A DNA stretch of 64,000 bases, from NCBI GenBank assembly GCA_951406725.2, contig OX597818.1, positions 30,504,001-30,568,000 of the forward strand. Direction: 5' to 3'. The position numbers and the translations under genes were made by a program. Shown here one piece after another: positions 12,673-26,125 of the stretch. Source of the DNA: Octopus vulgaris. Its lineage: Eukaryota. Positions within the stretch are counted from its first letter, which is position 1. Each line of letters begins with the position of its first letter. The notes beneath the pieces were generated by a model that did no database searches, was not told where the DNA came from, and saw nothing but the letters and a program-made list of their open reading frames with translations.

Positions 12673-12975
12673 TCTTTTGTTTCGCCTTTTTCAAGGCTAG
12701 CCAGGCTCATGGGCCCGGTTTCTGTGGTGTAAGTGTTCCTCCCAGCTGGACGGGACACCAGTCCATCGCAACGTTACTCAAGAAACGGGAAGAGAGAGTG
12801 AGAGAAAGTTGTGACGAAAGAGCACAACAGGGGTCGCCACCACCCCCAACCCGAGCCTCATTGAGCTTTTAGGTGTTTTCGCTCAATAAACACACACAAC
12901 GCTCGGTCTGGGAATCGAAACTGCATTCCTCTGACCGCAAGTCCGCTGCCCTAACCACTGGACCATTGCGCCTCC
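12673..12975 (-). mobile_element. tRNA-derived SINE family 2 with 13-bp TSD
   Basis: Minus-strand head ggaggcgcaatggtccagtggttagggcagcggac...ttcgattccc; TSD atgtacttctact at 12660-12672 and 12976-12988. Confidence 0.85.
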
Positions 12976-13319
12976 ATGTACTTCTACTATCAATGTATAT
13001 TTTATTTTCTCCCGCCATTCATTGTCACCATTCGTATCACATGTTCATATTAGCTCAGTCATCTTTCCTGCATGCACTAATCTGCTTAATACCCAGCTGC
13101 TTTCTCAGTTCATGCATGCTCCAGTTCTCATGCAACATAATGTTGCTCTGCTAATTAATCATAATCAACAAATGTCTTTCCAGCTTCTGCACATTTTCCA
13201 CTTTTAATGCCCATGTCACACTAACATCCACCACATGTATGGAATATATTTCATATTTGTCACATACATAATATTATGTTCTTCATCAAAGCAATTAAAT
13301 TTATGAGTTGGAAATTAGC

Positions 13320-14740
13320 GCAGACACGCCTGACCCCCGTGCCGGTGGCACGTAAAACGCACCATCCGATCGTGGTTGTTGCCAGCCTCGCCTGGCCCCC
13401 GTGCCGGTGGCACATAAAAAGCACCATCCGACCGTGGCCGTTTGCCAGCTCCGTCTGGCACTTGTGCCGGTGGCACGTAAAAAGCACCCACAACACTCAC
13501 GGAGTGGTTGGCGTTAGGAAGGGCATCAAGCTGTAGAAACATTGCCAGATCACACTGGGCCTGGTGCAGCCTTCTGGCTTCCCAGACCCCAGTTGAACCG
13601 TCCAACCCATGCTAGCATGGAAAGTGGACGCTAAATGAGGATGATAGGAAGTGCATCCAGCTTTAGAAACTATGTCAAACCAGACTGGAGCCTGGGGCAG
13701 CTTGACAGTTCCAGTCAAACTGTCTAACCCATGCCAGCATGGAAAGCAGACACTAAATGGTGACGACGATGATGATGATGATGATGATGATGATGTAGCT
13801 AGGTGGTTTAAGAAGTTTGCTTCCCAACCATTTGGTTTCGAGTTCAGTCCCATTGCACAGCACTTTGGGCACATGTCTTCTACTATAGCCTCTGGCTAAC
13901 CAAAGCTTTGTGAGTTCATTTAATTGATGGAAACTGAAAGATGTCTGTTGTGTGTGTGTGCACGCATGCATGAACATACCATAACTCAACAGCCATTATG
14001 TGATGACTGTGAGTGCCACCATCATACAAACCATGTTGTTCATTTCATGAGACATTAGTCTGGTGATGGGAAAATATTACCTTGTTTGGAAACAGGTGAG
14101 GACAGAAGGATAGAAAATCAACCTCAACAAATTGCATCAGACTCACACAAGCATGGAAATGCAAACATTAAATGGATGGTGATGATGATAGGTAGCAAAT
14201 ATGGGGCACAGTATTGAAGTAATTTAATTGATCAGATATTGCATTGCCAATGCTGCTGGACTGGCTCATGTGCAGGTGGCACATAAAATGCGCCATTTGA
14301 GCGTGGCCGTTGCCAGTACAGCCTGACTGTGTGTGTGTGTGTATATAAAAAGCACCAGCCGACCGTGGCCATTTGCCAGCCACGTCTGGCACCTGTGCTG
14401 GTGGCACGTAAAAAGCACTCACTACACTCACGGAGTGGTTGGCGTTAGGAAGGGCATCCAGCCGTAGAAGCATTGCCAGATCAGACTGGGCCTGGTGCAG
14501 CCTTCTGGCTTCCCAGACCCCAGTTGAACCGTCCAACCCATGCTAGCATGGAAAGCGGACGCTAATAAAAGCACCCACTACACTCTCAGAGTGGTTGCGT
14601 TAGGAAGGGCATCCAGCTGTAGAAACTCTGCCAGATCAGATTGGAGTCTGGTGTAGCCATCTGGTTCACCAGTCCTCAGTCAAATCGTCCAACCCATGCT
14701 AGCATGGAAAGTGGACATTAAACAATGATGGTGATGATTA
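13320..14740 (+). mobile_element. Cluster of RTE 3'-tail fragments and an old SINE
   Basis: Repeated ggagtggttggcgttaggaagggcatc...catgctagcatggaaa tails near 13500, 14430 and 14590, with a tRNA-like head near 13800. Confidence 0.8.
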
Positions 14741-15499
14741 GGTGGTTTGCAGACATTGAGATCAAAAGTTAAGTTGTATTTGTATGGGTTTAGTATTTGT
14801 GAAGTGTGTGTAACTTGTGAAGTAGAGAACGTTGTTATTGTAGTTTTGTAACAGTTTGTGACAAAAAAAAATAGCTCCACTTATGTATTTCTTTTTCTGT
14901 TTATTTCTACATTTCCTCAATTGTGTAATTCAGATGAGTCGTTTTTGTTTTTATGTTTCTCTTTTGTTGTTTTTTTTAATAAATTTGATCAGTTGCATAT
15001 TGTTGAAGTAGATACATACTGCTAAATCGCTCTGCTTTAAAGTTGGAATGGCATTTTTATCAACAAGATGATCTAATACAGAAATATTGGACGTCATCAC
15101 TCAGTGTTCTTGCATTTGACCCTATAATATACAGATTACTTATCAAATGTAATGCTTATTTAATCACACTGCTTTTAATTAATAATGCATTTTCCTGTGC
15201 CTTTGCAATTTTGATGATGTGATTGCATATTTGTAGAATAACATTGCAGAATAGATGTTAGAGGCTGGATCTGGCCAGTTTGAACATAAAACGGATAGAA
15301 TATCTTGGCCTGATGTGACCGGTTTTAATGCTAAAGAGTTTTCATAGCCACTATTGTTCCTTGCAATCATATTGTTTATATCAGCCATTGGCAAACTGCT
15401 AGCCTGTGAGACTTACTGAGTGAATTTTTTTAATTGAGTGGCCTGCCTGATGGTGAACTATGTCTCATGTGACCGTTCTCTTAGAAGAGATTGCTCATG

Positions 15500-16500
15500 C
15501 AGGCATGGTTGTGTGGTAAGAAGCTTGCTTCCCAACCACATGGTTCCAGGTTCAGTCTCACTATGTAGCACCATGGACAAGTGCCTTCTACTATAGTCTT
15601 AGGCCAACAAAAGTCTTGTGGGTGGATTTGATAGACAGAAACTGAAAGAAGCTTATTGTGTGTGTGTATATATATATATGTCGAAATTGAATTCGAAATC
15701 GAATCTCATCCGACGACTGGCACCCATGCCAACCTCCCTTCATTGGACACTAAACTCTGCTTGCGAAGACCTGCTGGGGCAAGTGAAATCGGAATTGAAA
15801 TTGAACCAATCCTATGACTGGCACCCGGCAGTTGCCACTGCTGCTGGACTGATTCCTGTGCAGGTGGCAAGTAAAGAAACGCCGTTTCGACCCTGTGCTT
15901 GAGGAGACCTATCGAGTCAAGTACATCAACATCAAAAATCACTGGAAATTGTAGTTGTAATCCCTGTGCCGGTGGCACATAAAAAGCACCATCCGAACGT
16001 GGCTGATGCCAGCGCAGCCTTGACGGGCTTCCGTGCCGGTGGCACGTAAAAGGCACCAACCGATCGTGGTCGTTGTTAGCCTCACCTGGCACCTGTGTCA
16101 GTGGCACGTAAAAAGCACCCACTACACTCACGGAGTGGTTGGTGTTAGGAAGGGCATCCAGCTGTAGAAACACTGCCAGATCAGACTGGAGCCTGGTGCA
16201 GCCTTCTAGCTTCCCAGACCCCAGTTGAACCGTCCAACCCATGCTAGCATGGAAAACGGACGTAAACGATGATGATGATGATGATATTTATGTGTGTGTC
16301 TCCGTGTCTGTGTTCATCCCCCACCCCACCCCATTGTTTGACAACCAATTTTGATGTCCCTGTAACTTAGCAGTTCAGTAGAAGAGACCAATACAACCAG
16401 GCTTACTAAGAATAAGTCCAGGGGTCAATTCTTTGACTAAACAGCAGTGCTCCAGCATGGCCCTAATCAAATGACTGAAACAAGCAAAAGAATAAAAGAA
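15500..16500 (+). mobile_element. SINE family 1 copy split by an RTE 3'-end insertion (about 15680-16285) inside its microsatellite
   Basis: SINE head at 15500-15670 and SINE tail at 16290-16500 flank an RTE 3' UTR ending in (GAT)n. Confidence 0.8.
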
Positions 16501-16650
16501 TGCCTGATTTATGTCACTACTGTTATTTTACATCCACTTTGTGGATAAGGTGGACACGTCATCACAGTTGTGTGTCAGTTATGAGTATTTGCATTGGTGT
16601 TAAGAACACAAGAATTAAAACTTGTTGGAAAAGTCAAAGAATACATTACT

Positions 16651-16855
16651 CTTTTACTTGTTTCAGTCATGTGACTGTTGCCATGCTGGAGCACCGCCTT
16701 TAGTCGAGGAAATCGACCCCAGGACTTATTCTTTGTAAGCCTAGTACTTATTCTATCGGTCTGTTTTGCCAAACCGCTAAGTTACAGGGATGTAAACACA
16801 CCAGCATTGGTTGCCAAGCGATGTTGGGGGGACAAACACAGACACACAAACATAT

Positions 16856-16886
<31 letters not shown>

Positions 16887-17053
16887 CATATATACGACGG
16901 GCTTCTTTCAGTTTCCATCTACCAAATTCACTCACAAGGCTTTGGTCGGCCCGAGGTTATAGTAGAAGACACTTGCCCAAGGTGCCACGCAGTGGGACTG
17001 AACCCGGAACCATGTGGTTGGTAAGCAAGCTACTTACCACAGAGCCACTCCTG
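16651..17053 (-). mobile_element. tRNA-derived SINE family 1
   Basis: Reverse complement of 1634-2040. Confidence 0.9.
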
Positions 17054-17708
17054 AGATTCAAATTATAATAACTCAATGATAAAATAGTAGCTTTTATCTT
17101 TTATTTGTTCCTGTGATTGGACTGTGGCCATGCTGGGGTACCACATTGAAGGGTTTAATTAACCAAATCAAACCCAGTACTTATTTTTTTAAAGTCTAGT
17201 ACTTGTTCTACTGTTCCCTTTTACTGATCCACTAAGTTACAGGGATGTAAACAAACCAACACTGGTTGTCAAGCAATGGTAAAAGACAAACACAAAGACG
17301 TACGTGTGCATACACACATGCTCACACACACACACACATAAATATATGATGGACTTGCACACTATTTCCATGTACCAAATTAACTCACAATGCATTGGTT
17401 GGTGTAAGACTATCATAGAAGATTGGTGCCCCTGAAACCATGTGGTTTGCAAAGTGAGCAACTTAACCATACAACCAACTAAAATAGAACTTTCCTAGTG
17501 TAGGGTATCAAAGTCATTGAATCTTAGATATAGTATTTTGGTAGTTCACAGATTTGATCAGAGTGTGTAAACAAACTCACAAATGGAAGACTTTCTTATC
17601 ATGCTTGGCAAAAGAAAATTCAGCTGATTACTTATGGATGACAAGAATTCAGATGTTGATTGTTCATCTGTTGTCTGCCACAAGTAGCTTCCCTCACTGA
17701 GGGATTAA

Positions 17709-17930
17709 CCCTTTTGTTACTGTATTTATTTTGAGATGCTCTGTGTGTTTCTTTCAATTACTTTAAATATAACAAAGAATTTAGTAAAATAACTTAGTTA
17801 TCATTAAGCTAGTGTTGGGAAGATAACTTGGGACTAAGGTTTGGTGGAAGATTTTAATTCAAAATTTATGAAAACAAGACATTTATTCTCAGAACCAGAG
17901 CCGGTTTCAGCCGGCTTGGTAACAAAAGGG
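17709..17930. mobile_element. piggyBac-type MITE, TTAA TSD
   Basis: ttaa|cccttttgttac...gtaacaaaaggg|ttaa; same family as 36494-36944. Confidence 0.82.
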
Positions 17931-19212
17931 TTAAAATTCAGTGTAGCAGGTCAATGAAATATCGGTTCCACAGTACTTCCACTGCTTACAATAGGAAGTT
18001 TTAACATACCAGAATACCTATTCAGCTTTAATCCTTTAACTACAAAATTAAATTTCATAGTTATTCCAGTAGAATAAAATTTGTAGACCTGTTTTTTCCT
18101 CAGTACACTTGCCATATCACAACAAAAGATAGTTTCAAATTTAACATTCTTCAACAAAAGATAGATTGGTATATAAAATTGCTTTCTGATTTTTAGGATA
18201 ATGAAACTTTGAATGGATATATCCAGTTTCTGCAGTAAAAGGAGGGTTAAGTCGATTCAACTGTCAACAGCTAAGTATCTTGACCATAGACAAGTTGACA
18301 AGTTGTGGTGCACCTGAGCACTGTATATAATAATTTCATTATTATTATTATTTTTAGACACAATACAGTGTCAATTGAAGAAGATAGTAACTAAAGTAGT
18401 TATAGAGGTGACTGTAGTGAAAGAAGTAGTAGTGATGGTGGTAACTGCAATGCAAGTTGTTGTATTTTAGCCAACTTCAGCCTTCATTAAACTGACCTAT
18501 GATCAAAGGTATTCCATTCTTAAACATCCCAGCTTTTTTGTACATATATCAGGGACTGTGTCGTCCAGTATAATCTTTATTTAAGATGGAAAGCTGGGGA
18601 TGATTTCAGGGACTTTGGCTGCTCTTTCTAATAGGGTGTGTGACCATGTATCAGCTTCCTTTGTTGGCTTATAGCACTAGTAGTTTTCATTGGAGCAGTA
18701 ATGTAATGATTGATGATTGAAATGATTGAAACTGTGGCAGTAATAATATCCATAATGGTATGTGTTGTTGTAATGTTGCTGGTAGCATCTTTAACAGTAG
18801 TGGTGATGGTACTGCTAGTGAAAGCACTGATTGTAGAAACATTTGTGCTGTTGAGACTCATAGTATTGATGAACAAGATGAAAAGTGCATCAGCAGTTTT
18901 TATGACTTTTGATAATAAATCATTATTAGGTATTACATCCATCATCAGAGATCAATAAGGGTTATATGAAAGTATGAAAGACACCACTGTGCTGAACAAT
19001 CAGAAATAGATATGTTTTGAATTTCTGCTTTGATAAGTCTTTATCATGAAATTATGTCTTTTAAAAAACCAGAACATTGAATAAATATATTTTTATATTT
19101 CTTCAGAATTGTGGTGTCTTTTATCACTCATATTTACTTTAACCTTCTTTAACCATTTTCAATGAAATACACTTTATGTTTCAGTAAAGTTTTAGAAAAA
19201 ATTATTAAAATA

Positions 19213-19589
19213 AGGCGCAGGAGTGGCTGTGTGGTAAGTAGCTTGCTAACCAACCACATGGTTCCGGGTTCAGTCCCACTGCGTGGCATCTTGGGCAAGT
19301 GTCTTCTGCTATAGCCCTGGGCCAACCAATGCCTTGTGAGTGGATTTGGTAGACGGAAACTGAAAGAAGCCTGTCATATATATGTATATATACATATGTG
19401 TTTGTGTGTCTGTGTTTGTCCCCCTAACATTGCTTGACAACCGATGCTGGTGTGTTTACGTCCCCGTCACTTAGTGGTTCGGCATAAGTACTGGGCTTAC
19501 AAAGAATAAGTCCCGGGGTCGATTTACTTGACTAAAGGCGGTGCTCCAGCATGGCCGCAGTCAAATGACTGAAACAAGTAAAAGAGAGT
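19213..19589 (+). mobile_element. tRNA-derived SINE family 1
   Basis: Same head, body and tail as 1634-2040. Confidence 0.9.
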
Positions 19590-21881
19590 AACCAATATTT
19601 TCATTAATAAGGTGACAATTAGAATATAGCTGATAGAAAAATTTTTACATAAAATTATTTTGGAAGTTTTTTTTGTTTTTTTTCAGTTTTAAAAAGAATG
19701 TATAAAAATAGGAGGTTTTCTATCATAGAACTAGGGGTAGTCTCAGGTGTGTCAGTATCTCTGATGAGTCAAGTTCACTATTTTCTTTAACCTATTTTTC
19801 TGCAGGTGAGGATGATGAAAATGGTAGTGATGATGATTGTTACTGTGCTGCTAACATAAGGTGCAGAAATTTAGACCATTTTAGTTTTATATAACATAAG
19901 CATTCTAGTACCAACTGCACTATGGCAGGCAGATTTTGTTAAAGGTAGAAAACAAATGTTTACATACTACATATGGCTATGACCTGTAACTGTTCCTGAT
20001 ATCCATTTTTCTCGGAAAATAAGAGAAGCTTTTGTTTGTAAATGCTTTGGTTAGATTTTACAGTTGTTAGTAACACCTATTGTTATGAGAAGGGAGATCA
20101 AATAGTTGGGCTACTGTTGTTGCTAACATTTCATATGTGTGCCAAACTTTCCATTAAGAGAATTTTTATGATTCAGGTGTGTACTCTTTAGAGTGGTGAG
20201 TTTACAGTACAAGTTTAGTTTCTGTTTGAACCATTTCAGTTTATTGACTCCGAATATCTGAAATTTTTAGGTGTTGTTGTTAGTTTAGAAAAGAATGGGT
20301 TTCACTAGCCTGATTTGCTCCAGTTACTCTGCACTAGGATTCAGAAAGACATCTGCCGACAAAATTGTGCCCATCTTCAAATTTGAAAATGCTTACTGAC
20401 AAAGTCTCCAAAAACCCATTGGGGAAGAAAAAACCCCTCAAAGCCAAACACTCTTTTAAATGATTTGCATATTTATGAATTTGTAAAATTAAAGATATCT
20501 TCATAGATATAGTTCTACTGGTTCTAATACCCATGTTACTGAAAAGGTCCCCCTTCCTCTTCTACAAGAAGTCTTTACTTGTGATTCCAAGCCTGTCAAT
20601 TGTTATGGGATCTTTCAATCTTTTTAACTTCAGTATTTAATTTAGGAAACTTGAAAATGCTGTGTATGTAACTATATCATCATCATCATCATTTAATGAC
20701 CATCTTCCATGCTGGCTTGGGTTGGACAGTTTGATAGGAGCTGGCCAAGTAGAAGGCTGCACCAGGCTACTGTGTCTGTTTTGGCATGTTTTCTATGGCT
20801 GGATGCCCTTCCTAACACCAACCACCCCATAGAGTAGGCTGAGTGCTTTTTACATGGCACCAGCACAGGTGAGGTCTGTTTTGGCATGGTTTTTACAGTT
20901 GGATGCAGTGTGGACTGGGTGCTTTTTACGTGGCACCAGCATTGGCAGGGTCACCAAGTAACTTGCAAGACAAGGAATGTAGTGAGTGTGATTGTGTGTT
21001 TGTGTGTGTGCATAAATCATAGTGTTACTAATGGCAGTTTACATATGGTGAAAATGGGTCATAATCTCTTGATACTTTATCCTCAATTTATGAAACTTGG
21101 AACAGCTTCCTATCTACCTATGTGTATATGACTATGTATGCATTTCATTCTGTGTATCTGTGTGTCATGTATGCTTATTGCTGTGTGTGTATTTCTGTTT
21201 GTGTGAGAAACCTTAAAAAAGATTTTTTTATGGATGGAAAGTTGTGTTAAATGCTAAAATTCACTATGATTATTCCCAAATTCTATTGAATGGTAAATAC
21301 TTGTTCTTGCTAATCAGAGCAGAAAGCTAGAAATCTAGAAATAATGTCAATGTCAATTTTATTAAGAATACATAAAGGAAAACTATTTCTTTCAGAGAAA
21401 CTTTGGAATAAACTAATTGTTGCTATATCTACATGTCTATTTACAAATTTGGTTAAAGATATGGATATAGTTTCGTTTAGCAACATTTCCTATGTGTTGA
21501 TAAATATTGAGTATCTACGTGTAACTAATCTGTATTTATGAACTGCTTGCTGTATGTTAAATATATATTTGCCTTATATAATGTGTGTACTCCTGTATGT
21601 TTACGTAGAGTCGTATATATGGGGAGGGGGTTTACACAAAATCTTATATATATCATCATCATCATCATTTAGCATCCACTTTCTATACTGGCATGGGTTA
21701 GATAGTTTGACTGGAACTGGTAAGCCAGAGAGCTGTACCAAGTTCCAGTCTGATTTGGCATGGTTTCTATGACTGGATGCCCTTCCTAACACCATTTACC
21801 TCAAGAATGTAGTGGGTGTTTTTTTTTGTATGTCACCTCTTACATGTCACTGGCATCTTTTACATGTTACCAGTGTGTATA

Positions 21882-22069
21882 TTACTTGTTTCAGTCATTT
21901 GACTGCAGCCATGCTGGAGCACCGCCTTTAATCAAGCAACTTGACCCCAGGACTTATTCTTTTGTAAGCCCAGTACTTATTCTATCAGTCTCTTTTGCCG
22001 AACAGCTAAGTAACGAGGACATAAACACACCAGCATCGGTTGTCAAGCAATGTTAGGGAACAAATACAG

Positions 22070-22108
<39 letters not shown>

Positions 22109-22281
22109 CATATATACGACGGGTTTCTTTCAGTTTCCGTCTACCAAATCCACTCACAAGGCTTTAGTCGGTCCGAGGCTATAGTAGAAGACACTTGCTC
22201 AAGGTGCCACACAATGGGACTGAACCTGGAACCATGTGGTTGGTAAACAAGCTACTTACCTCACAGCCACTCCTGCGCCTA
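21882..22281 (-). mobile_element. tRNA-derived SINE family 1
   Basis: Reverse-complement copy ending cactcctgcgcct. Confidence 0.9.
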
Positions 22282-22444
22282 TGTATATATATTAATGTTT
22301 GTTTTTATGTTAAGTTATAATACTTTTCACAATAGACATAAGGTCTGAAATTTTGTCGGGCTGGGGCTAGTTGATTATATCAACTCAACTGGTACTTATT
22401 GTATTGACTCCAAAAGGATGAAAAGCAGAGACAATTTAACATTA

Positions 22445-22762
22445 AATGCTCTCCAGATTTGACCCCAATGGATTTCATAGCTTGGGGTTTTCATAAAAAC
22501 AAAGGTTTATAGCCAACAGTTCAATAGTTTAGCTGAACTTAGTGCATTCACTTAGCAGTACAGGAGATAAGTCCTAAAGTGCTTCAAAATGTGTTTTGCA
22601 ATGCTAAGGATAGATTTGGAATTTGCAGCAAAATTTTGATGTAAGATTTATAAATCTATTTGTTTTGGAATCATTAATTAAGTAATAAACATAGAATTTT
22701 GTCAGTTTTGTTCTTAAATTTGCTTGATTTCATTGAAATAGTTAATTCTGGGACACCCTGTA
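22445..22762 (+). mobile_element. Tc1/mariner transposase C-terminal remnant with right TIR
   Basis: SPDLTPMDFIAWG motif at about 22450; ends aattctgggacaccctg|ta. Confidence 0.6.
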
Positions 22763-22989
22763 TACACACACACACACACTCTACATACATACATACGTAC
22801 ATACATATATGTGCATGCATACATACACAAGCATACATACATGCATGTGTGTGTGTGTGGGTGTCTGTGTATCCTTTCAGATACACAGACACCCACCCAC
22901 GCACACACTCTCTCTCTCTCTCTCTCACAAGACAATGATAAAAAGAATTCCAGACAATTTTTTGGAACATTTTACCCCCTTTGAAGTTA

Positions 22990-23390
22990 CCACCTGGGTT
23001 TGCCATTTCTAAAAGCCAAGAATCATTTTATATTGAAAGAACTGACCAGCTTCAAAAATGTCAACACATTTTTTCTTCTTTCTCTCTTCCTTCTTCCTTT
23101 CTTTCTCTTTTCCATTGACACTTCTTTCAGATACAAAAGCACACACACACACTCTCACTTTCTCCCCATTCCTCACCCTCTTGTACTAACTTATATCTCT
23201 CTCCACCATTACACACTCAATAATACTATAAAAAGAGACAAAATTCCTGAAAAAGTTCAATCTGACGATTCTACTAGAGTGGACACAAGCGCTAATATAT
23301 GATACATATGATTTATAAAAACATTTGACATATTAATAAATATCTGTAAATATAAAACCATCCAGATTTCTGAGTATCTTATTTCTTCTA

Positions 23391-23392
<2 letters not shown>
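22990..23392 (+). mobile_element. Penelope-like element terminal repeat (pLTR) copy
   Basis: Homologous to 43985-44400, which lies beside PLE RT sequence; carries a CTGACGA hammerhead-like motif. Confidence 0.65.
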
Positions 23393-23445
<53 letters not shown>

Positions 23446-23485
23446 TATAAACACATAATATATATATTATAGATGTATATATATA

Positions 23486-24601
23486 CTAGCTGGTGTACCT
23501 GGTAATTTGCAGGGTTAAAGATGTTCTATGGAAATGCCTTATTACTCTGATATAAGAAAGCAATTTCATTATAACTGTCACAGATGGTGTATTTTCTGTC
23601 ATGAAGAAGTACAAAAACTGTCCGCAGGAGGAGGGAGAGATTGTTGAAGGTTGGTGAAAAAGATTGTTGGAGGTTGGTGAGGGTGGTTGTCAGAGGTTTT
23701 CGGGGGTTGGCATGAGAGGTTGTCGTTCACAGAAAAACTATTGTTTTAGCATGAGAAAAGTTATGTTGAAATGTTAAGTGAAATTTGGCAATCGAGGATC
23801 AAATCCATGCTATGCCTACATGAAGCCACTACAAAAGCGTTGTGGAAAAAAAAAATATCTATTGTCATGGAGAAAGTCTAACTGTAAAAATGCAGAACTA
23901 TCGGAGTAATAGATATTCAAAAAAGTATGTATGTATAGAAATGTATGAATGAAGAGATTCGAATCAAGGTAATGCAATAGTAATGTTTAGCAGTTCAAAA
24001 CTGTGAGTAGTGATATCCAGAATTAGGTTGGTTGATCAATGAGAATCAAATATTGATTACTTTGCTAAAAACTGCAGGTGGTATGGGTTATTTCCTTTGG
24101 GTTGTTTAAGTAAAATATTAGTAATATCTACTAGATAGGGGGATCCATTGGATGGGCCCTATTATCGATTTTTTTCAACACTCTAAGTATGTCACGAAGT
24201 TTCCAGACGTGAATTCTACTCACATGTCAAATAAAGTAAAAAAGTGATATTGTTTGCAAAAATTAGAAATTGGACCAAAAAAAAAAATCAATATTCAAAG
24301 TAATCAAACATAAACAATGAAATAGGTTATTTCCCTTGACTGTTTAAAAAAAAATTGTGCAGGTAGTATGGGTTATTTCCCTTGGGTGTTTAAAAAAATT
24401 ATATGAGGTAGATATAAAGGTCCCTTCCATGGGCCGTACTATCGATTTTATTTCAACAATCTAAGTATGTCATGAGGTTTCTAGACATGAGTTCTACTCA
24501 CATGTCAAGTTTCATCAAAATCAATAAAACGATGTAGGAGGAGTTACATAACAATGCCACAAACAAACAAACACACACTGATTTTCCACATATGTAGTAG
24601 A
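23486..24601 (-). mobile_element. Non-autonomous Helitron with internal tandem duplications
   Basis: CTAG plus degenerate hairpin at 23486; TC end with (TTTG)n at 24601. 24070-24240 resembles 24355-24510. Confidence 0.65.
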
Positions 24602-24616
24602 TTATTTATACATATA

Positions 24617-24944
24617 TATCATCATCATCATCGTTTAACGTCTGTTTTCCGCACTAGCACGGGTTGGACGGTTCGACCGGGGTCTGGGAAGCCAGGAGGC
24701 TGCACCAGGCTCCAGTCTGATCTGGCAGTGTTTCTACAGCTGGATGCCCTTCCTAACGCCAACCACACCGCGAGTGTAGTGGGTGCTTTTTACGTGCCAC
24801 TGGCACAGGTGTCAAGGGAGTCTGGCAGCGGCTACGATCGGTTGGTGCTTTTAACGTGCCACCGGCACGGAAGCCAGTCAAGGCTGCGCTGGCATCAGCC
24901 ACACTCAGATGGCACTTTTTACGTGCCACCGGCACAGGTATCAC

Positions 24945-24948
<4 letters not shown>
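24617..24948 (-). mobile_element. RTE 3'-UTR/tail fragment
   Basis: (CAT)n tail plus hairpin units. Confidence 0.88.
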
Positions 24949-25008
<60 letters not shown>

Positions 25009-25403
25009 GTATATATATATGTATATATATATGTATATGTATATATATATATGTATATATATATGTATATGTATATATATATATGTATATATATATATGT
25101 ATATGTATATATATATATGTATATGTATATATGTATATGTATATATATATATGTATATGTATATATATATATGTATATATATATATGTATATATATATAT
25201 GTATGTATATATATGTATATATGTATGTATATATGTATATATATATATATATGTATATGTATATATATATATGTATATATTATATATGTGTATATATTAT
25301 GTATATATATATATATGTATATATTATATATGTGTATATATTATGTATATATTATATATATGTATATGTATATTTTATGTGTATATATTATATATGTTAT
25401 ATA
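24948..25403. repeat. About 450-bp (TA)n/(TATATG)n microsatellite
   Basis: Directly visible; it produces the spurious YIYI ORFs. Confidence 0.97.
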
Positions 25404-25824
25404 TCTTGTCTTGTTGGCATCCTTTTGTCTTAGGAGACAATGGAGTTGAGCATCAACTAATCCAGTCTGGTTTTTACGTTTCATGTCCTCTCCAGTTTCC
25501 TCTCCAGTTTTGCACAGGCCTAGGCTAGTTGTAAGAAAATCCTGGGTAGCCCAAACGTCAGGATTCCTCTCTTGACCTTGCTGATGTAGTCCAAAGGAGT
25601 GCAGAGCATTACGTTTGGCACCAGCTTGGTTGCCACTCCGGATTTCTTTGAAGGTTGTCTTCTTTCCATAACCCTGGATAGGGGCCCATGCCAGGTACTG
25701 TCAGCCGGAGCCAGCTGAGCCTGGGACTCATATCAAGCAGGGTCGTCACCCCCTAAAGTATTGAAGAAAATCGCTACCCACTACCTATATTATATATGTT
25801 ATATATAAAACGAAAAGAGAAAAT

Positions 25825-26125
25825 GAAATGCTTTGATAACTTTAACATGAATAAAGAAGAAAGGAAATATTTACAGCGTGGAAGGTGTTTACAAGCCATT
25901 TAAGAAACAGAATCCATTAGATTCACTTCAACATTTTGTCAGTGAACAGGTCACAGTCTCAAAGTGACAAAAATATTTTGACAAATTAAATTTAAATGTT
26001 GAAGTGAATCTAATGGATTTTGTGTGTTTCTTAAATGGCTTATAAACACCTTCCATGCTGCAACTGTTTTCATTCCAGTGCACGATCTCAGAACAGGTCA
26101 CTTGCTATGCAAGTACATCTCTGAA
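25825..26125. mobile_element. Fold-back PLE-type terminal repeat element, near-identical to 38689-38985
   Basis: Inverted arms (gtggaaggtgtttacaagccatttaagaaac...cacttcaacattt and its reverse complement) surround a hammerhead-like core. Confidence 0.65.

Noticed and set aside
18628-18958. Thr-rich / Val-rich mucin- or membrane-like ORFs
   Set aside because: Decayed trinucleotide (GTA/GTG/ATG) low-complexity sequence, open on both strands, with no splice or domain support.
24554-25528. 324-aa ORF and other YI/HT-rich ORFs
   Set aside because: Translations of (TA)n/(CA)n microsatellites.
25690-25790. Twister-like motif (gagtcccaggctc) in an RTE-like 5' fragment on the minus strand
   Set aside because: No P1 stem and no UAA/GAGGG elements could be placed; only a covariance-model search could rescue it.
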